Shown piece by piece: positions 20,526 through 30,800 of a stretch of DNA of 64,000 nt. The DNA is taken from assembly GCA_963730935.1 (NCBI GenBank), contig CAVSTP010000002.1, positions 128,001 to 192,000 on the forward strand. Direction: 5' to 3'. Both the position numbers and the translations under genes were made by a program. Position 1 is the stretch's first letter. Each line of letters starts with the position of its first letter. Source of the DNA: an uncultured Nitrospiraceae bacterium (lineage in GTDB: Bacteria > Nitrospirota > Nitrospiria > Nitrospirales > Nitrospiraceae). The notes under the pieces are model-generated. The model was given only the letters and a program-made list of their open reading frames with translations, was not told where the DNA came from and ran no database searches.

Positions 20526-21104
20526 TTATTCTATCGCCTTCATAAACCGGTTCGTAATGTCCGGGGGATCGAGCACGATACGTCCGGCATCTTCTGCGAA
20601 CTCATTGACTTTGATAAGCAGCAGGCTCGGTCCTTCCTTCTTCAGTATGTCCTTGAATTCATAGACCAGATCGTCACGGTCCAGTACGCGTTCTACATTC
20701 ACATAGCCGGCAGCCTTGGCGACCTTGTCGAGCGCAACGACATTTGAAATCGTCGGCTGGTTGCCTGTCGTGCCGTACACCTCATTGTCGAACACGACAT
20801 GAATGAAGTTCCTCGGTCTCAACGCACCGATCGTGGCCAGCGTGCCCATCCCCATCAGGACATTGCCGTCGCCATCGAATATGACGACTTGTTTCTCCGG
20901 TTTGGCCAGCGCCACGCCCAGCGCGATGGCTGGCGCGTTCCCCATGGACCCGATCATGTAAAAATGTGTCGGTCGATCGGCGATTTTCTGCACCTCGCGC
21001 GACGGGAATCCGTTGCACACAATCAACGGCTGGTCCGTCAACAACTCAAGCAGCGCAGCCATCGCCTGGGCCCGGCTGATCAATGTTCCCTGCTCCGGCC
21101 TCAT
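20526..21104 (-). CDS. Phosphonopyruvate (sulfopyruvate-like) decarboxylase beta subunit, ThDP-binding
   Basis: FYMIGSMG, DGDGNVLMGMG...DNEVYGTTGNQ ThDP motif. Confidence 0.85.
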   Translation of the reverse strand: MRPEQGTLISRAQAMAALLELLTDQPLIVCNGFPSREVQKIADRPTHFYMIGSMGNAPAIALGVALAKPEKQVVIFDGDGNVLMGMGTLATIGALRPRNFIHVVFDNEVYGTTGNQPTISNVVALDKVAKAAGYVNVERVLDRDDLVYEFKDILKKEGPSLLLIKVNEFAEDAGRIVLDPPDITNRFMKAIE

Positions 21105-21598
21105 GGATGCAAACCCTTCACGACCCCTTTGGTGATGAACAGCGCTACCGGAATCCGCTGCTTCATGAACGTTTCCGCGACCCACTTAAAATCTTCGATC
21201 GCCGTCTTTTCGGTCAAGGTCCGGTGGGGAATTTTCATCGTATCAAGAAACTGGGGCATGACCTCGCCCATCACGAGGTGCTCGGGTGCGTCCTTGCCGC
21301 CCTGACCGCGCCATGACACGATCAGGATGCAAGGCTGCCGGTAGATCACGTTCAGCGAAATCAGCGTGTTGAGAGACGTGCCCAGTCCCGAGTTCTGCAT
21401 CAGCACCGCGGGGATCTTCCCGCCCATATAAGCGCCCGCAGCCATGGCTACGGCTTCATCTTCGCGGACGGCAGGCGTGTAGAGGCGCCTATCCATCAGC
21501 TCGGCGATGATTCCTCCGAGAATGGAATCGGGGACGCCGGTGAAAAAATTCACCCCCATGTCCTGCATGGCCTGTACGAACGCATCGCTCTCGATCAT
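21101..21598 (-). CDS. Phosphonopyruvate (sulfopyruvate-like) decarboxylase alpha subunit
   Basis: FFTGVPDS, REDEAVAMAAG, MQNSGLG, WRG..GKDAPEH. Confidence 0.87.
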   Translation of the reverse strand: MIESDAFVQAMQDMGVNFFTGVPDSILGGIIAELMDRRLYTPAVREDEAVAMAAGAYMGGKIPAVLMQNSGLGTSLNTLISLNVIYRQPCILIVSWRGQGGKDAPEHLVMGEVMPQFLDTMKIPHRTLTEKTAIEDFKWVAETFMKQRIPVALFITKGVVKGLHP

Positions 21599-21714
21599 GC
21601 TCGACGAATTCCTTCGCGGAGGGAAAAATCCGGCGCATTATAAGCCATGCTACGACGCTTTCTCAAGGAAACGAACCGGTTGCGCGGGTCCGGACAGCGT
21701 GATAGCGTTACCGA

Positions 21715-22221
21715 ATGCGACTCGGTTGCGCTTTGCTCACAGCGTGGCTGCTCTGGGCTCCTGCCCTCGCCGGCGCCGTGTCGATGACGAACGATCCGAA
21801 GGGGTTTCGCAACATCGTGTGGGGGGCGGCGTTGAACACGCGGACGGATCTGGAGCGGACGCGCCAAGGCTCTAACATCATCGAATACCGGTTCAAGAAC
21901 ACGCAGCCTTCGTTCGCTGATATTCCGGTGGAAAGCCTTCAGCTCTCCACAGTGGATGATCAATTTGCGCGCGTCACCATCCGGTATCGTGGCGAGGACA
22001 CGCATAAAAAGATTCTGGCATATCTCGAGTCGGAGTTCGGCCGCATGGAACGCTTGCCCGGACAAATGTTGCGCGGGCTGAATCAGCAGTACAACTGGCG
22101 CGGCACTGAATCGGAGATCAACCTGACGTATCAGGCCGGCACAGAACGCGGGTATCTCTTCTTGGACAGCCGGACGCTGGCGCCCCGATTCAACGATTTG
22201 CTCGCCGATACGGCAGAGTAG
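21715..22221 (+). CDS. Secreted hypothetical protein (paralog 1)
   Basis: Signal peptide; DPKGFRNIVWGA...VDDQFARVTIRYRG; aligns with the next ORF. Confidence 0.8.
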   Translation: MRLGCALLTAWLLWAPALAGAVSMTNDPKGFRNIVWGAALNTRTDLERTRQGSNIIEYRFKNTQPSFADIPVESLQLSTVDDQFARVTIRYRGEDTHKKILAYLESEFGRMERLPGQMLRGLNQQYNWRGTESEINLTYQAGTERGYLFLDSRTLAPRFNDLLADTAE

Positions 22222-22225
22222 CCTC

Positions 22226-22771
22226 ATGTTCGACCGGCCGACCTTCACCCCTCGCGCATGCCTCACCGCCGTCTTGTGCGTGCTTTTCTGCGGCAGCCCG
22301 GCGTTTGCCGTGCAGATGAAAGAAGATCCCAAGGGGTTCGAGGGAATCCCCTGGGGAGCCACGCTTTCCGAATCGGAGACCTTCGGGAAAGTCGAGGACG
22401 CAGGCCGGCTGAAGACGTATGAACTGAAAGGCGGACCGCCGTCCTTTGGCCCGGCAAAAGTCGAATCGATGAGGTTCACCACCGTGGATGACCGATTCGC
22501 GCGCGTTACCGTCCGATATCAGGGCAAAGAGACACATGATCAACTGCTGGCCTTCCTTCAATCCCGATACGGCTCTCTCGATCGCACCCCGGGGCAGTTC
22601 GCCGGAGGGGCCGTCAAACTCTTTGCATGGCAGGGCGTAGAGACGGAAGTGAGCCTCCGCTACGAGACGCGCACCGATCGCGGCATCATCTTTTTTGAGA
22701 ATCCCTTGCTCGCCAGCCGGATCGAAGGCGCGATGGCGCCGGAGCAGGACCTCGGCGGAGCCACATACTAG
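22226..22771 (+). CDS. Secreted hypothetical protein (paralog 2)
   Basis: Signal peptide; DPKGFEGIPWGA...VDDRFARVTVRYQG. Confidence 0.8.
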   Translation: MFDRPTFTPRACLTAVLCVLFCGSPAFAVQMKEDPKGFEGIPWGATLSESETFGKVEDAGRLKTYELKGGPPSFGPAKVESMRFTTVDDRFARVTVRYQGKETHDQLLAFLQSRYGSLDRTPGQFAGGAVKLFAWQGVETEVSLRYETRTDRGIIFFENPLLASRIEGAMAPEQDLGGATY

Positions 22772-22844
22772 CTCTCGAACACGCATCTGCGCAAAACTTT
22801 TCATTGACAATGCCCGTACGGCTTTCGCATCATGCGCCATCATC

Positions 22845-24524
22845 ATGCATAACGCCACAAAGTTACGGGAGGCCCTCAAGAGGCCGGGAGCACTCAAGGT
22901 CGTCGGCGCTCATGACGCACTGAGCGCTCGTCTGATCGAGCAGGCTGGCTTTGACGGCGTATGGGCCAGCGGCTTCGCTATTTCCGCCTCGTTGAAGTGC
23001 ATTCCGGATGCCAGCTTCATCACCTCCAGCGAGCAGCTCGAGGTTGAACGCAACATCGCCGACGCGGTGAACATTCCGGTTATCGCGGATTGCGACACCG
23101 GGTATGGCAACGCCTTGAACGTCATGCGCACGGTGAACGATCGCGAACGGGCCGGCATCGCCGCCATTTGCATTGAAGACAACGTATACCCGAAGCGTTG
23201 CAGCTTTTACGCCGGTGTCCGCCGAGAGTTGATCCCGGTTGAAGAGCATTGTGGAAAGATCAAGGCCGCCAAGGCGGCGCAAACGGTGCCGGACTTCATG
23301 ATTATCGCCCGCACGGAAGCCTTGATTGCCGGTTGGGGACAGGAAGAGGCACTGAAACGAGCGGAGGCGTATGCGAAAGCAGGAGCGGACGCCGTCTTGA
23401 TCCACTCCAAATCAAAAACCTTCGACGAACTCAGGACTGTGTACAGACTCTGGTCCGGGCAGGTTCCGCTGGTTGTGGTTCCGACGATCTTTGACCAAAC
23501 AACTGCGGAGGACATGGAGCAGGCGGGTGCGAAGATCATCATTTACGCCAATCAACCGGTCCGCGCCGCCATTCGGGCCATGAAAGAGACGCTGGCCCTC
23601 CTACGAAAAGACACCCGGCCGGGCGCAGCCAACGATCGCATCGTCACCTTGCCGGAAGTGTATGACATCGTTGGCGTGCCGCAAATGGAGCAGGATGAGA
23701 AAGCATTTCTTCCGGTCGGCGGCGAAAAAATCACAGCCATCATTCCGGCGGCGGGATTCGAAAAGCAATTGCTTCCCCTGATCGAGAACAAACCCAAGTG
23801 TCTGCTGGATATCAAAGGCAAAACCATCCTCGAGCGGGCCGTAGGAGCGCTCAACGAGGCCAATATTAAGGAAATCGCAGTCGTGCGCGGCTATAAGAAG
23901 GAAGCCATCGCACTGCCCAACATCCGGTATTACGACAATGATCGGTATGAGGAGACCGGAGAGCTGTTCTCCATTTTCTGTGCGGAAAGCGAGATGAAGG
24001 GGCGGACCATCGTGCTCTACGGGGACATCATGTTTGACAGTCCCATATTGGAAAAGCTATTGAAGAGTCCGGCCGATATCGCCCTCGTCGCGGATTTGGC
24101 CTGGAGAGACCAACACCAACGTGGCGGACCTTCCTCTCATCTCAATCCGGATCTCGTGACCTTCGCGGAACCGCCCGGAAACAGTTCCCACTCACGATTC
24201 GTCATGGGAGACGAGGAACACCGGGTTGTGAAAATCGGCCAGCACCTGCCGTTCGACCATGTGCACGGCGAATTTATCGGCATGGCGATGTTTTCCGAGA
24301 AAGGCACACAAGCGCTGAAGGACTGCTACCGTAGCTCGCAAGAGCGGTATAAGTCTTCGGGGTTTCACGAAGCCAGCAGCGTCAGCAAGGCATCCTTTAC
24401 CGACCTGATACAGGAATTGATCGATCAGGGACACCGCGTCGACGCCGTGCCTATTTTCAAAGGTTGGATGGAAGTCGATTCTTTCGAGGAATACCAGAAG
24501 GCGTGGGCCAAAATCCGCCACTAA
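22845..24524 (+). CDS. pepM: PEP phosphomutase-like protein (ICL/PEPM superfamily) fused to a C-terminal cytidylyltransferase
   Basis: GAHDALSA, WASG, DCDTGYG, EDNVYPKRCSF, ARTEAL, LIHSK, IYANQ; second domain IIPAAG..KPKCLL..GEFIG..WMEVD. Confidence 0.8.
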   Translation: MHNATKLREALKRPGALKVVGAHDALSARLIEQAGFDGVWASGFAISASLKCIPDASFITSSEQLEVERNIADAVNIPVIADCDTGYGNALNVMRTVNDRERAGIAAICIEDNVYPKRCSFYAGVRRELIPVEEHCGKIKAAKAAQTVPDFMIIARTEALIAGWGQEEALKRAEAYAKAGADAVLIHSKSKTFDELRTVYRLWSGQVPLVVVPTIFDQTTAEDMEQAGAKIIIYANQPVRAAIRAMKETLALLRKDTRPGAANDRIVTLPEVYDIVGVPQMEQDEKAFLPVGGEKITAIIPAAGFEKQLLPLIENKPKCLLDIKGKTILERAVGALNEANIKEIAVVRGYKKEAIALPNIRYYDNDRYEETGELFSIFCAESEMKGRTIVLYGDIMFDSPILEKLLKSPADIALVADLAWRDQHQRGGPSSHLNPDLVTFAEPPGNSSHSRFVMGDEEHRVVKIGQHLPFDHVHGEFIGMAMFSEKGTQALKDCYRSSQERYKSSGFHEASSVSKASFTDLIQELIDQGHRVDAVPIFKGWMEVDSFEEYQKAWAKIRH

Positions 24525-24673
24525 TCGCCACGCAAAAGCACGTAGTCCTTTCTTCCTTCTCGCAGACCCCTGTCCTTTCCCCCTCCTTTGTGGGACCCTG
24601 ATCCCCCTCTCCCTGGGAATGGTCGAATTTATCATCCGAGGTACCCTCTAGGTGTCGCAATTGGGAGGTACCG

Positions 24674-25093
24674 ATGAAAGGCAATTTACTTAAACAGAAT
24701 CTGGTAGCGCCCCGCACGCATACTCCTCTTGACCGCCGCTACGCCGAACGGGCACTCATCCAGCATGACGTCACCTACACTAGCACTGAAGGTGCCAGGT
24801 TCACGACCTCCACTGGCTCGCTGAAAGATCTCTCAAAGACCGGCTGCAAAATCGTTGGAACAACGCTTCCGGTCGTTGGGGTCCGTGTCACGATCACCTT
24901 GTATTTGAACGACGGACAGGCGCCCTTGTGTCTAACGGATGCTTCTGTCTCGTGGATCAAAGGCAATGTCTTCGCCGTACGATTTCCTAAGTTGACCGAC
25001 GACGAGCGGAAACGGATTCAAGGGGTCGTCTGGAAACATGTCAGCTTGTCCGACGCTAAAAATCACCGTACGGCCTTCCGCATCGTCATCTAA
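24674..25093 (+). CDS. PilZ domain protein
   Basis: RRYAER and DLSKTG motifs. Confidence 0.85.
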   Translation: MKGNLLKQNLVAPRTHTPLDRRYAERALIQHDVTYTSTEGARFTTSTGSLKDLSKTGCKIVGTTLPVVGVRVTITLYLNDGQAPLCLTDASVSWIKGNVFAVRFPKLTDDERKRIQGVVWKHVSLSDAKNHRTAFRIVI

Positions 25094-25135
25094 CCGTTAT
25101 GCGGTCGCATTGGGTAGGAGCTGAGTAAGGGAGGA

Positions 25136-25534
25136 ATGGGCATGAGACAAGCGAGCATCGACAGGTCCCGCCGGACTGACAAGCCATCTGACGACAACCG
25201 CCGGGGAACCGAGCGAGTCCCCGCTCAGTTCAGCTTGATGTACTCGGGCATGAGTGACGGCCGCATGCTGATCGGTAACGGCGTCGTGAGCAACGTCTCA
25301 AAATCCGGCATTGGAATTCTGGGCAACCATCCGGTCAAACACGGAATGGATCTGTCCCTTTTTATCGACCTCCCGGGCATCGAGGAGCCGATTTGCATCG
25401 CCGAAACCCGAGTCTCGTGGGTGTCGGGACGGCGTTTCGGAGTCGAAATGATTGCGCCAAAATTGGACGTGCAGAATGAGCTGCGGTTTTACGTCTGGAA
25501 TCATCTGTATCGGCAAGATGCCAAAAAACCATAA
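25136..25534 (+). CDS. PilZ domain protein
   Basis: RRGTER and NVSKSG motifs. Confidence 0.85.
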   Translation: MGMRQASIDRSRRTDKPSDDNRRGTERVPAQFSLMYSGMSDGRMLIGNGVVSNVSKSGIGILGNHPVKHGMDLSLFIDLPGIEEPICIAETRVSWVSGRRFGVEMIAPKLDVQNELRFYVWNHLYRQDAKKP

Positions 25535-25546
25535 CAGGGTGATGCA

Positions 25547-25927
25547 ATGAAACAGGCAAGACTTCGAGCCCTCCGATCCCAACACCGCACTCATCCGGCC
25601 TGCGATCGTCGGACGGACCACCGAGTCCACATCGATTTCCGGCTCATGTATTCGGCACAGGACGACCGAGAAGAAATGATCATGGGCGACGGCAGTGTGG
25701 TCGATCTTTCCAACAAGGGACTACGCATCCGTGGCAACATGGCCGTAAAGTCCGGCCTCGAAATGACGTTGTTTCTCTATCTTCCCGACGGGCGTGATCC
25801 CCTCTTTGTCCTTAGTGCAAAGGTGGCATGGTCGAAGGGTCACGAGTTCGGCGTGGAGATTCTGAAGATGAATGTGCGCGAGCGCAATCGCTTACGTTAC
25901 TTCCTCTCCTCGAATCTGCAGCACTAG
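25547..25927 (+). CDS. PilZ domain protein
   Basis: RRTDHR and DLSNKG motifs. Confidence 0.85.
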   Translation: MKQARLRALRSQHRTHPACDRRTDHRVHIDFRLMYSAQDDREEMIMGDGSVVDLSNKGLRIRGNMAVKSGLEMTLFLYLPDGRDPLFVLSAKVAWSKGHEFGVEILKMNVRERNRLRYFLSSNLQH

Positions 25928-25998
25928 GCGGGTTCCCCGCTTCGCGTGAAATCCCCATCTCGGTTGTCAGGCGTGAGACGTTCATGCTACGCTCAGCG

Positions 25999-26014
25999 GT
26001 GAGTAATTACTCAC
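25999..26014. promoter_or_regulatory. Putative TetR operator
   Basis: Perfect 16-bp palindrome GTGAGTAATTACTCAC, 16 bp upstream of the tetR-family ATG. Confidence 0.75.
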
Positions 26015-26030
26015 TTACTGAACGAATGTC

Positions 26031-26654
26031 ATGGCCAGACAACCGCGGTCGACAAGTCAGCAACGCCAGGCCGGCCTCATTGCCGCAGCCGCCTCTCTCT
26101 TCGCAGCCAAAGGCTTCAACGGGACAACGACCAAGGAGATCGCGAGAGCCGCCGGCGTGAGCGAAGCGCTGGTCTTCAAGCATTTCCCGACCAAGCGTGC
26201 GCTCTACGGCGCCATTCTGGCCGAAAAGGTCACCGTCGACGAATTGCTGGTGGCGGTCGAAGAATCCGCCAAAAAACGCGATGACCGCCGGGTGTTTACG
26301 CTGATCGCCCGATTTCGCATCAGACCCGGGGTGGATTCCACCTTCCTTCGACTGCTTTTGTTCAGTGCGCTCGAAGGTCATGAATTGTCGGACATGTTCT
26401 TCGGGAAACACCACCGGGTCTTTTACGATCACCTCGCCACATATATCGAGACCAGAATCGGCGAAGGCGCTTTTCGCGAGGTGGATCCGCTGCTGGCCGC
26501 CCGAGCATTCATTGGAATGGTCGTCCATCACCGGCTCCTTCACGAGATCTTTGGTGTCCCCATGCATCGGTCCCATGACGAAACGGTCGCCACCTATGTC
26601 GATTTGTTCTTGGCCGGCCTCATGAACAGTCCTGTACGGAGACGGGCCTCATGA
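26031..26654 (+). CDS. TetR/AcrR family regulator
   Basis: AAASLFAAKGFNGTTTKEIARAAGVSEALVFKHFPTK HTH. Confidence 0.95.
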   Translation: MARQPRSTSQQRQAGLIAAAASLFAAKGFNGTTTKEIARAAGVSEALVFKHFPTKRALYGAILAEKVTVDELLVAVEESAKKRDDRRVFTLIARFRIRPGVDSTFLRLLLFSALEGHELSDMFFGKHHRVFYDHLATYIETRIGEGAFREVDPLLAARAFIGMVVHHRLLHEIFGVPMHRSHDETVATYVDLFLAGLMNSPVRRRAS

Positions 26655-27838
26655 ATCCGGTAAGACAGCATCCCATCGTCACGCTCGGCGTCATCATCTT
26701 TTTTGCCGTCACCGCGCTGGTGGTCTTTCGGCTCAGCAGCGGAGCAAAGGTCGATCAGAAAAAATCACGAGTCATCACCGTGGGCACCGTTATGCCGTTC
26801 AAGCGGGACCTGGACATCCGGCTGGCCTATACGGCGGATATCACGCCCAATCAGGTGGTCAACATCTTCTCCCGAGTAGATGGCTACATTGCCAAACTGT
26901 ACGTCGATAAGGGCGATCTCGTGAAGGCCAACCAATTGCTCCTCGAAATCGACCATCAGGACTATCTCCATGCACTGAATCAGGCAAAAGCCAACGTCGC
27001 GGCGGCAAAAGCCAAGGTCACCCAGCAGGAGGCGTCCGTTCGCAATGCCAAGCTGACGCTCGACCGTATGCAGGCCCTCATCAAAGACCAGTTCGTCTCC
27101 CAACAGGACTTGGACAACGCTGAAGTGAATCTAGACGCGGCGGTGGCCGCTCTCGAGTCGCTCCGAGCGCAAGTCAAGCAGATGGAAGTCGCGCTCGCTC
27201 AGGCCGAGACCAACCTCGCCTACTCCTACATCCGTGCGCCGTTCGCCGGATACGTGGCGGAGCGGAACCTGGACTTAGGCGCCTACGTGACGGGAGCGGC
27301 AACCGCCAATTCCACGACCTCTCGAGGCATTGTCAGCTTGCACGATGTCGAAACGGTTCGCACGTTGATTGAAGTCGTGGAAAAAGATGTGCCACTGGTG
27401 CAGATCGGGCAAAAAGCGGAGGTCCGCGCGGAAGCCTATCCGGACCGGGTGTTCGAGGGCACGGTGACGCGCGTGGTCCAGGCCTTGAACCGCGCCACCC
27501 GCACCATGACGGTCGAAGTGGACCTTCCCAATAAGGACCGCCTGCTCAAGGGGGGGATGTTCGCCCGTGTCGAAGTCCTGGTGGGGAAACATCACAACGC
27601 GCTACAAATTCCGATTGATGCCGTCAGCCGGTTGGAGGACGCCCAATACGTGTACATCGTCCGCGATGGAAAGGCCGAACGCATCGCGGTGGAAATTGGG
27701 GTGCGTGACGAGAATCGCGTGGAGATTACGAAAGGACTCGTCGGCTCCGAACAGGTCATCGTGTCCGGGAAGGACCTCGTTCACGACGGGACGCCGGTGC
27801 AAACCGAGCCGCTCAATCCAGTGAAGACTGAGGGATGA
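26651..27838 (+). CDS. RND efflux periplasmic adaptor (MFP)
   Basis: N-terminal anchor, lipoyl-like SRVDGYI..GDLVK, coiled-coil hairpin, IRAPFAGYV, GGMFARV. Confidence 0.93.
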   Translation: MNPVRQHPIVTLGVIIFFAVTALVVFRLSSGAKVDQKKSRVITVGTVMPFKRDLDIRLAYTADITPNQVVNIFSRVDGYIAKLYVDKGDLVKANQLLLEIDHQDYLHALNQAKANVAAAKAKVTQQEASVRNAKLTLDRMQALIKDQFVSQQDLDNAEVNLDAAVAALESLRAQVKQMEVALAQAETNLAYSYIRAPFAGYVAERNLDLGAYVTGAATANSTTSRGIVSLHDVETVRTLIEVVEKDVPLVQIGQKAEVRAEAYPDRVFEGTVTRVVQALNRATRTMTVEVDLPNKDRLLKGGMFARVEVLVGKHHNALQIPIDAVSRLEDAQYVYIVRDGKAERIAVEIGVRDENRVEITKGLVGSEQVIVSGKDLVHDGTPVQTEPLNPVKTEG

Positions 27839-27860
27839 TGTGGCCATGAGCCGTTGACGT

Positions 27861-30800
27861 ATGTGGCTAACCCTCCTCGCGCTACGGAACCGAATCGGCA
27901 TTCTGATGTTGTCGCTGGCCATGATTGTGCTCGGCGCGACATCCCTGAATCGTTTGCCCGTCGACCTGTTTCCCAATATCCAGGTACCCGTGGCCTTCGT
28001 GGGCGTCATCTACAAAGGCGCTCCTCCTCTCGATATCGAGCAAAGTGTCGTTTACCCCATTGAAAAAGCCGTCAGCTCGGCGTCAAACGTCGAACACGTC
28101 GAGTCGTTCGCAAAACAGGGCATCGGAGCGGTCCAGATCTGGTTCAACTGGGGTGCCGACATCAACGTCGGACAGATGGAGGTGATGCAGCGCATCACCC
28201 AGATCCTCAACAGTCTGCCGCCCGGCATCCTCCAACCCTTCATCGTCAAGTTCGACGTCTCGAATATTCCGGTCTCGTTCGTGACGGTCTCCAGCGACGA
28301 TCTCGATGAACGGGCACTCTACGACCTTGCCTTCAATACCATCGCACCGCAGATCGAACAGATTGCCAATGTCGCGGCGGCGACGGTTGAAGGGGGTAAA
28401 ATCCGCCAAATCAACATTAATTTGGACCCGGCGCTGCTCAACGCACGGGGCTTATCGATCCTGGACGTCGTGAAGGCGGTCAAAGCGGCGAACCTGATTC
28501 TGCCGTCCGGCGACATTAAGGCCGGAAACCTCGATTACAACGTATTTACGAACAACCAGTTCCGCACGGTCGAGCCGATTCAGGACGTCATCGTGAAGGT
28601 GAACCAGCAGGGCAACCCCGTTCGCGTGCGCGATTTGGGCACCGTGAGCGATTCCTCGGATATCCAAACGAACGTGGTGAGGACCGACGGGAAGCGCGCG
28701 GTCTATCTTCGCGTCAACAAGCAGCCGATCGCCAATACCGTCGAGGTCGTCGATGCCTTGCGCGCCGCATTGCCGAAGATGATCGGCATCCCCCCGGGCG
28801 TCCAACTCGGCATCTCGTTCGACCAGTCGGTGTACATCCGGCAATCCATCAACAATCTCGTTGAGCAGGCGTTGCATGGCTCGCTCCTGGCTGCCGCCGT
28901 GATTTTGGTTTTTCTCCGCAACCTGACGAGCACGGTGATCATTTCCGTCGCCATTCCCCTTTCGATCATGGTCACGTTCATCGTGCTGTACTTCACCGGT
29001 CAGACGCTGAACGTCTTCACTCTGGGAGGCTTGGCGCTCGGTATCGGCCGCCTAGTCGACGATTCGATCGTTGAACTGGAAAACATCCAGCGGCATCTCA
29101 ATACAAATCCGCGGCGCTGGGACGCAATTCTGGACGCCGCCCGCGAAGTGGCCATGCCGATTTTTGCGTCGACGGTTACAACCGTCGTGGTGTTCCTGCC
29201 GATCTTTTTTGTCGTCGGCATCGCCCGCCTCTTGCTGATTCCCCTGACCCTGACCATTGCCATCGCCCTGTTCACATCCTTCTTCGTGTCACGGACGGTC
29301 ACGCCGGCGCTTTGCTTCAAGTTTCTGAAACCCGAGCATGAAGCCCACCGCTCGATGCCTCGGTGGTTCGTCCGTGTGATGGAGTGGAGCCGGACGCGGT
29401 ACGAATCCCTGGACCGTGGATTCGAGGATTCCCTTCGCTGGGTGCTCGGCCATCGCAGGCGGTTTATCATCGGAATTCTCGTGATCTTCGCCGCCTCCAT
29501 CGCCTTGATCCCAAAGATCGGAACGGAGTTTCTCCCGGTCTCCGACGAGAGCCAGTTCCGCATCGTGCTCCGTGCGCCGGTCGGGCAGCGGGTCGAGAAG
29601 ACCGAACAGCAGGTCGCCGAAGTCGAACGAATGCTGCGCGCAAACATTCCGGCCGGCGAGTTGGAAACCATCGTGTCCAGCACCGGCGTGCTGGCACAAG
29701 GCCGCTCGTCGCTCTTCAATCCGAACACGGGACCGCACACCTCGATCATCTCGGTGTATCTGACTTCGCCCGATAAGCGCTCCCGGAACCAAGTGCAGAT
29801 CATGAACGAGGTGCGGCCGAACATCGTCAAGCTCTTTCCCGGCGTCGCGATGTTTTTCGACCCCGGGGGTCTGGTCAAACGCGTGACGAGTTTCGGCTCA
29901 CAGAAGTCTGTGGACGTGGAGATTTACGGTTACGACTTCGAAAAGGCTCGTGACGTCATTCGAGAGGTGGAAGGTCTGATGCACCGGATCGATGGTCTCG
30001 CCGACATCGAAGTCAGCCGCGAGGAAAACTATCCCGAAATCAATGTTGTCGTCGATCGCGAAAAAGCCGCGCTGTTGGGCATCAGCGAAACCGACATCGC
30101 AAATGCGGTCTTATTCTCCCTGAATGGCAACGGCCAGACCGATCCGATTATCTATACCGATCCGCAGAACGGCAATGAGTACTACATCAGCGCCTGGCTG
30201 GCCGAGGAGCACCGGAAGGACCTGACCGACCTCGAGAACATCATTCTCACCGCCAGAAACGGAGAACCGGTTCTCCTCAAGAATGTTGCTTCGCTGAAAT
30301 TGAATGCAGGTCCGGTAAAAATCGACCGGAAATATTTTCAACGGGTGATCCACATCACCGCGAATCCGTTGAACCGGGATCTCGGCGCCATCGCGGAGGA
30401 TCTTGAGGCCGGTTTTGCCCAGCTACAACTGCCGACGGGCTTCAGCATCCGGCTGGCCGGTCAAATCCAACAGCAACGGGAAACGTTTTCAGGGCTGCTG
30501 TTCGCCACAATCCTCGCGCTGGTCCTGGTCTATATGGTGATGGCCGCCCAGTTCAAATCGCTGGTGGACCCCTTCATTATCATGTTCTCGGTTCCCATGG
30601 GCTTTCCGGGAGTAATCTTGGCGCTATTTCTCACCAACACGACCCTGTCGACCACCTCCATGATGGGCATCATCATGATGCTCGGCATCGTGGTGAGCAA
30701 TGGCGTGCTGCTGGTCGACTACACGAACGTCTTGCGGGGAAAGGGGTTGGCGCTCCATGACGCCGTCGTCCAGGCGGCTCGGATCCGGCTGCGCCCGATT

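Noticed and set aside
20526..21598. comDE as coenzyme M or taurine biosynthesis
   Set aside because: The split architecture is ComD/ComE-like, but the neighbouring PEP mutase, AEP transaminase and cytidylyltransferases favour phosphonopyruvate; no comA or comC is seen. Not fully excluded
21595..22897. Long minus-strand ORFs (295 aa and 235 aa)
   Set aside because: Antisense shadows of the two paralogous secreted genes, which have signal peptides and mutual homology
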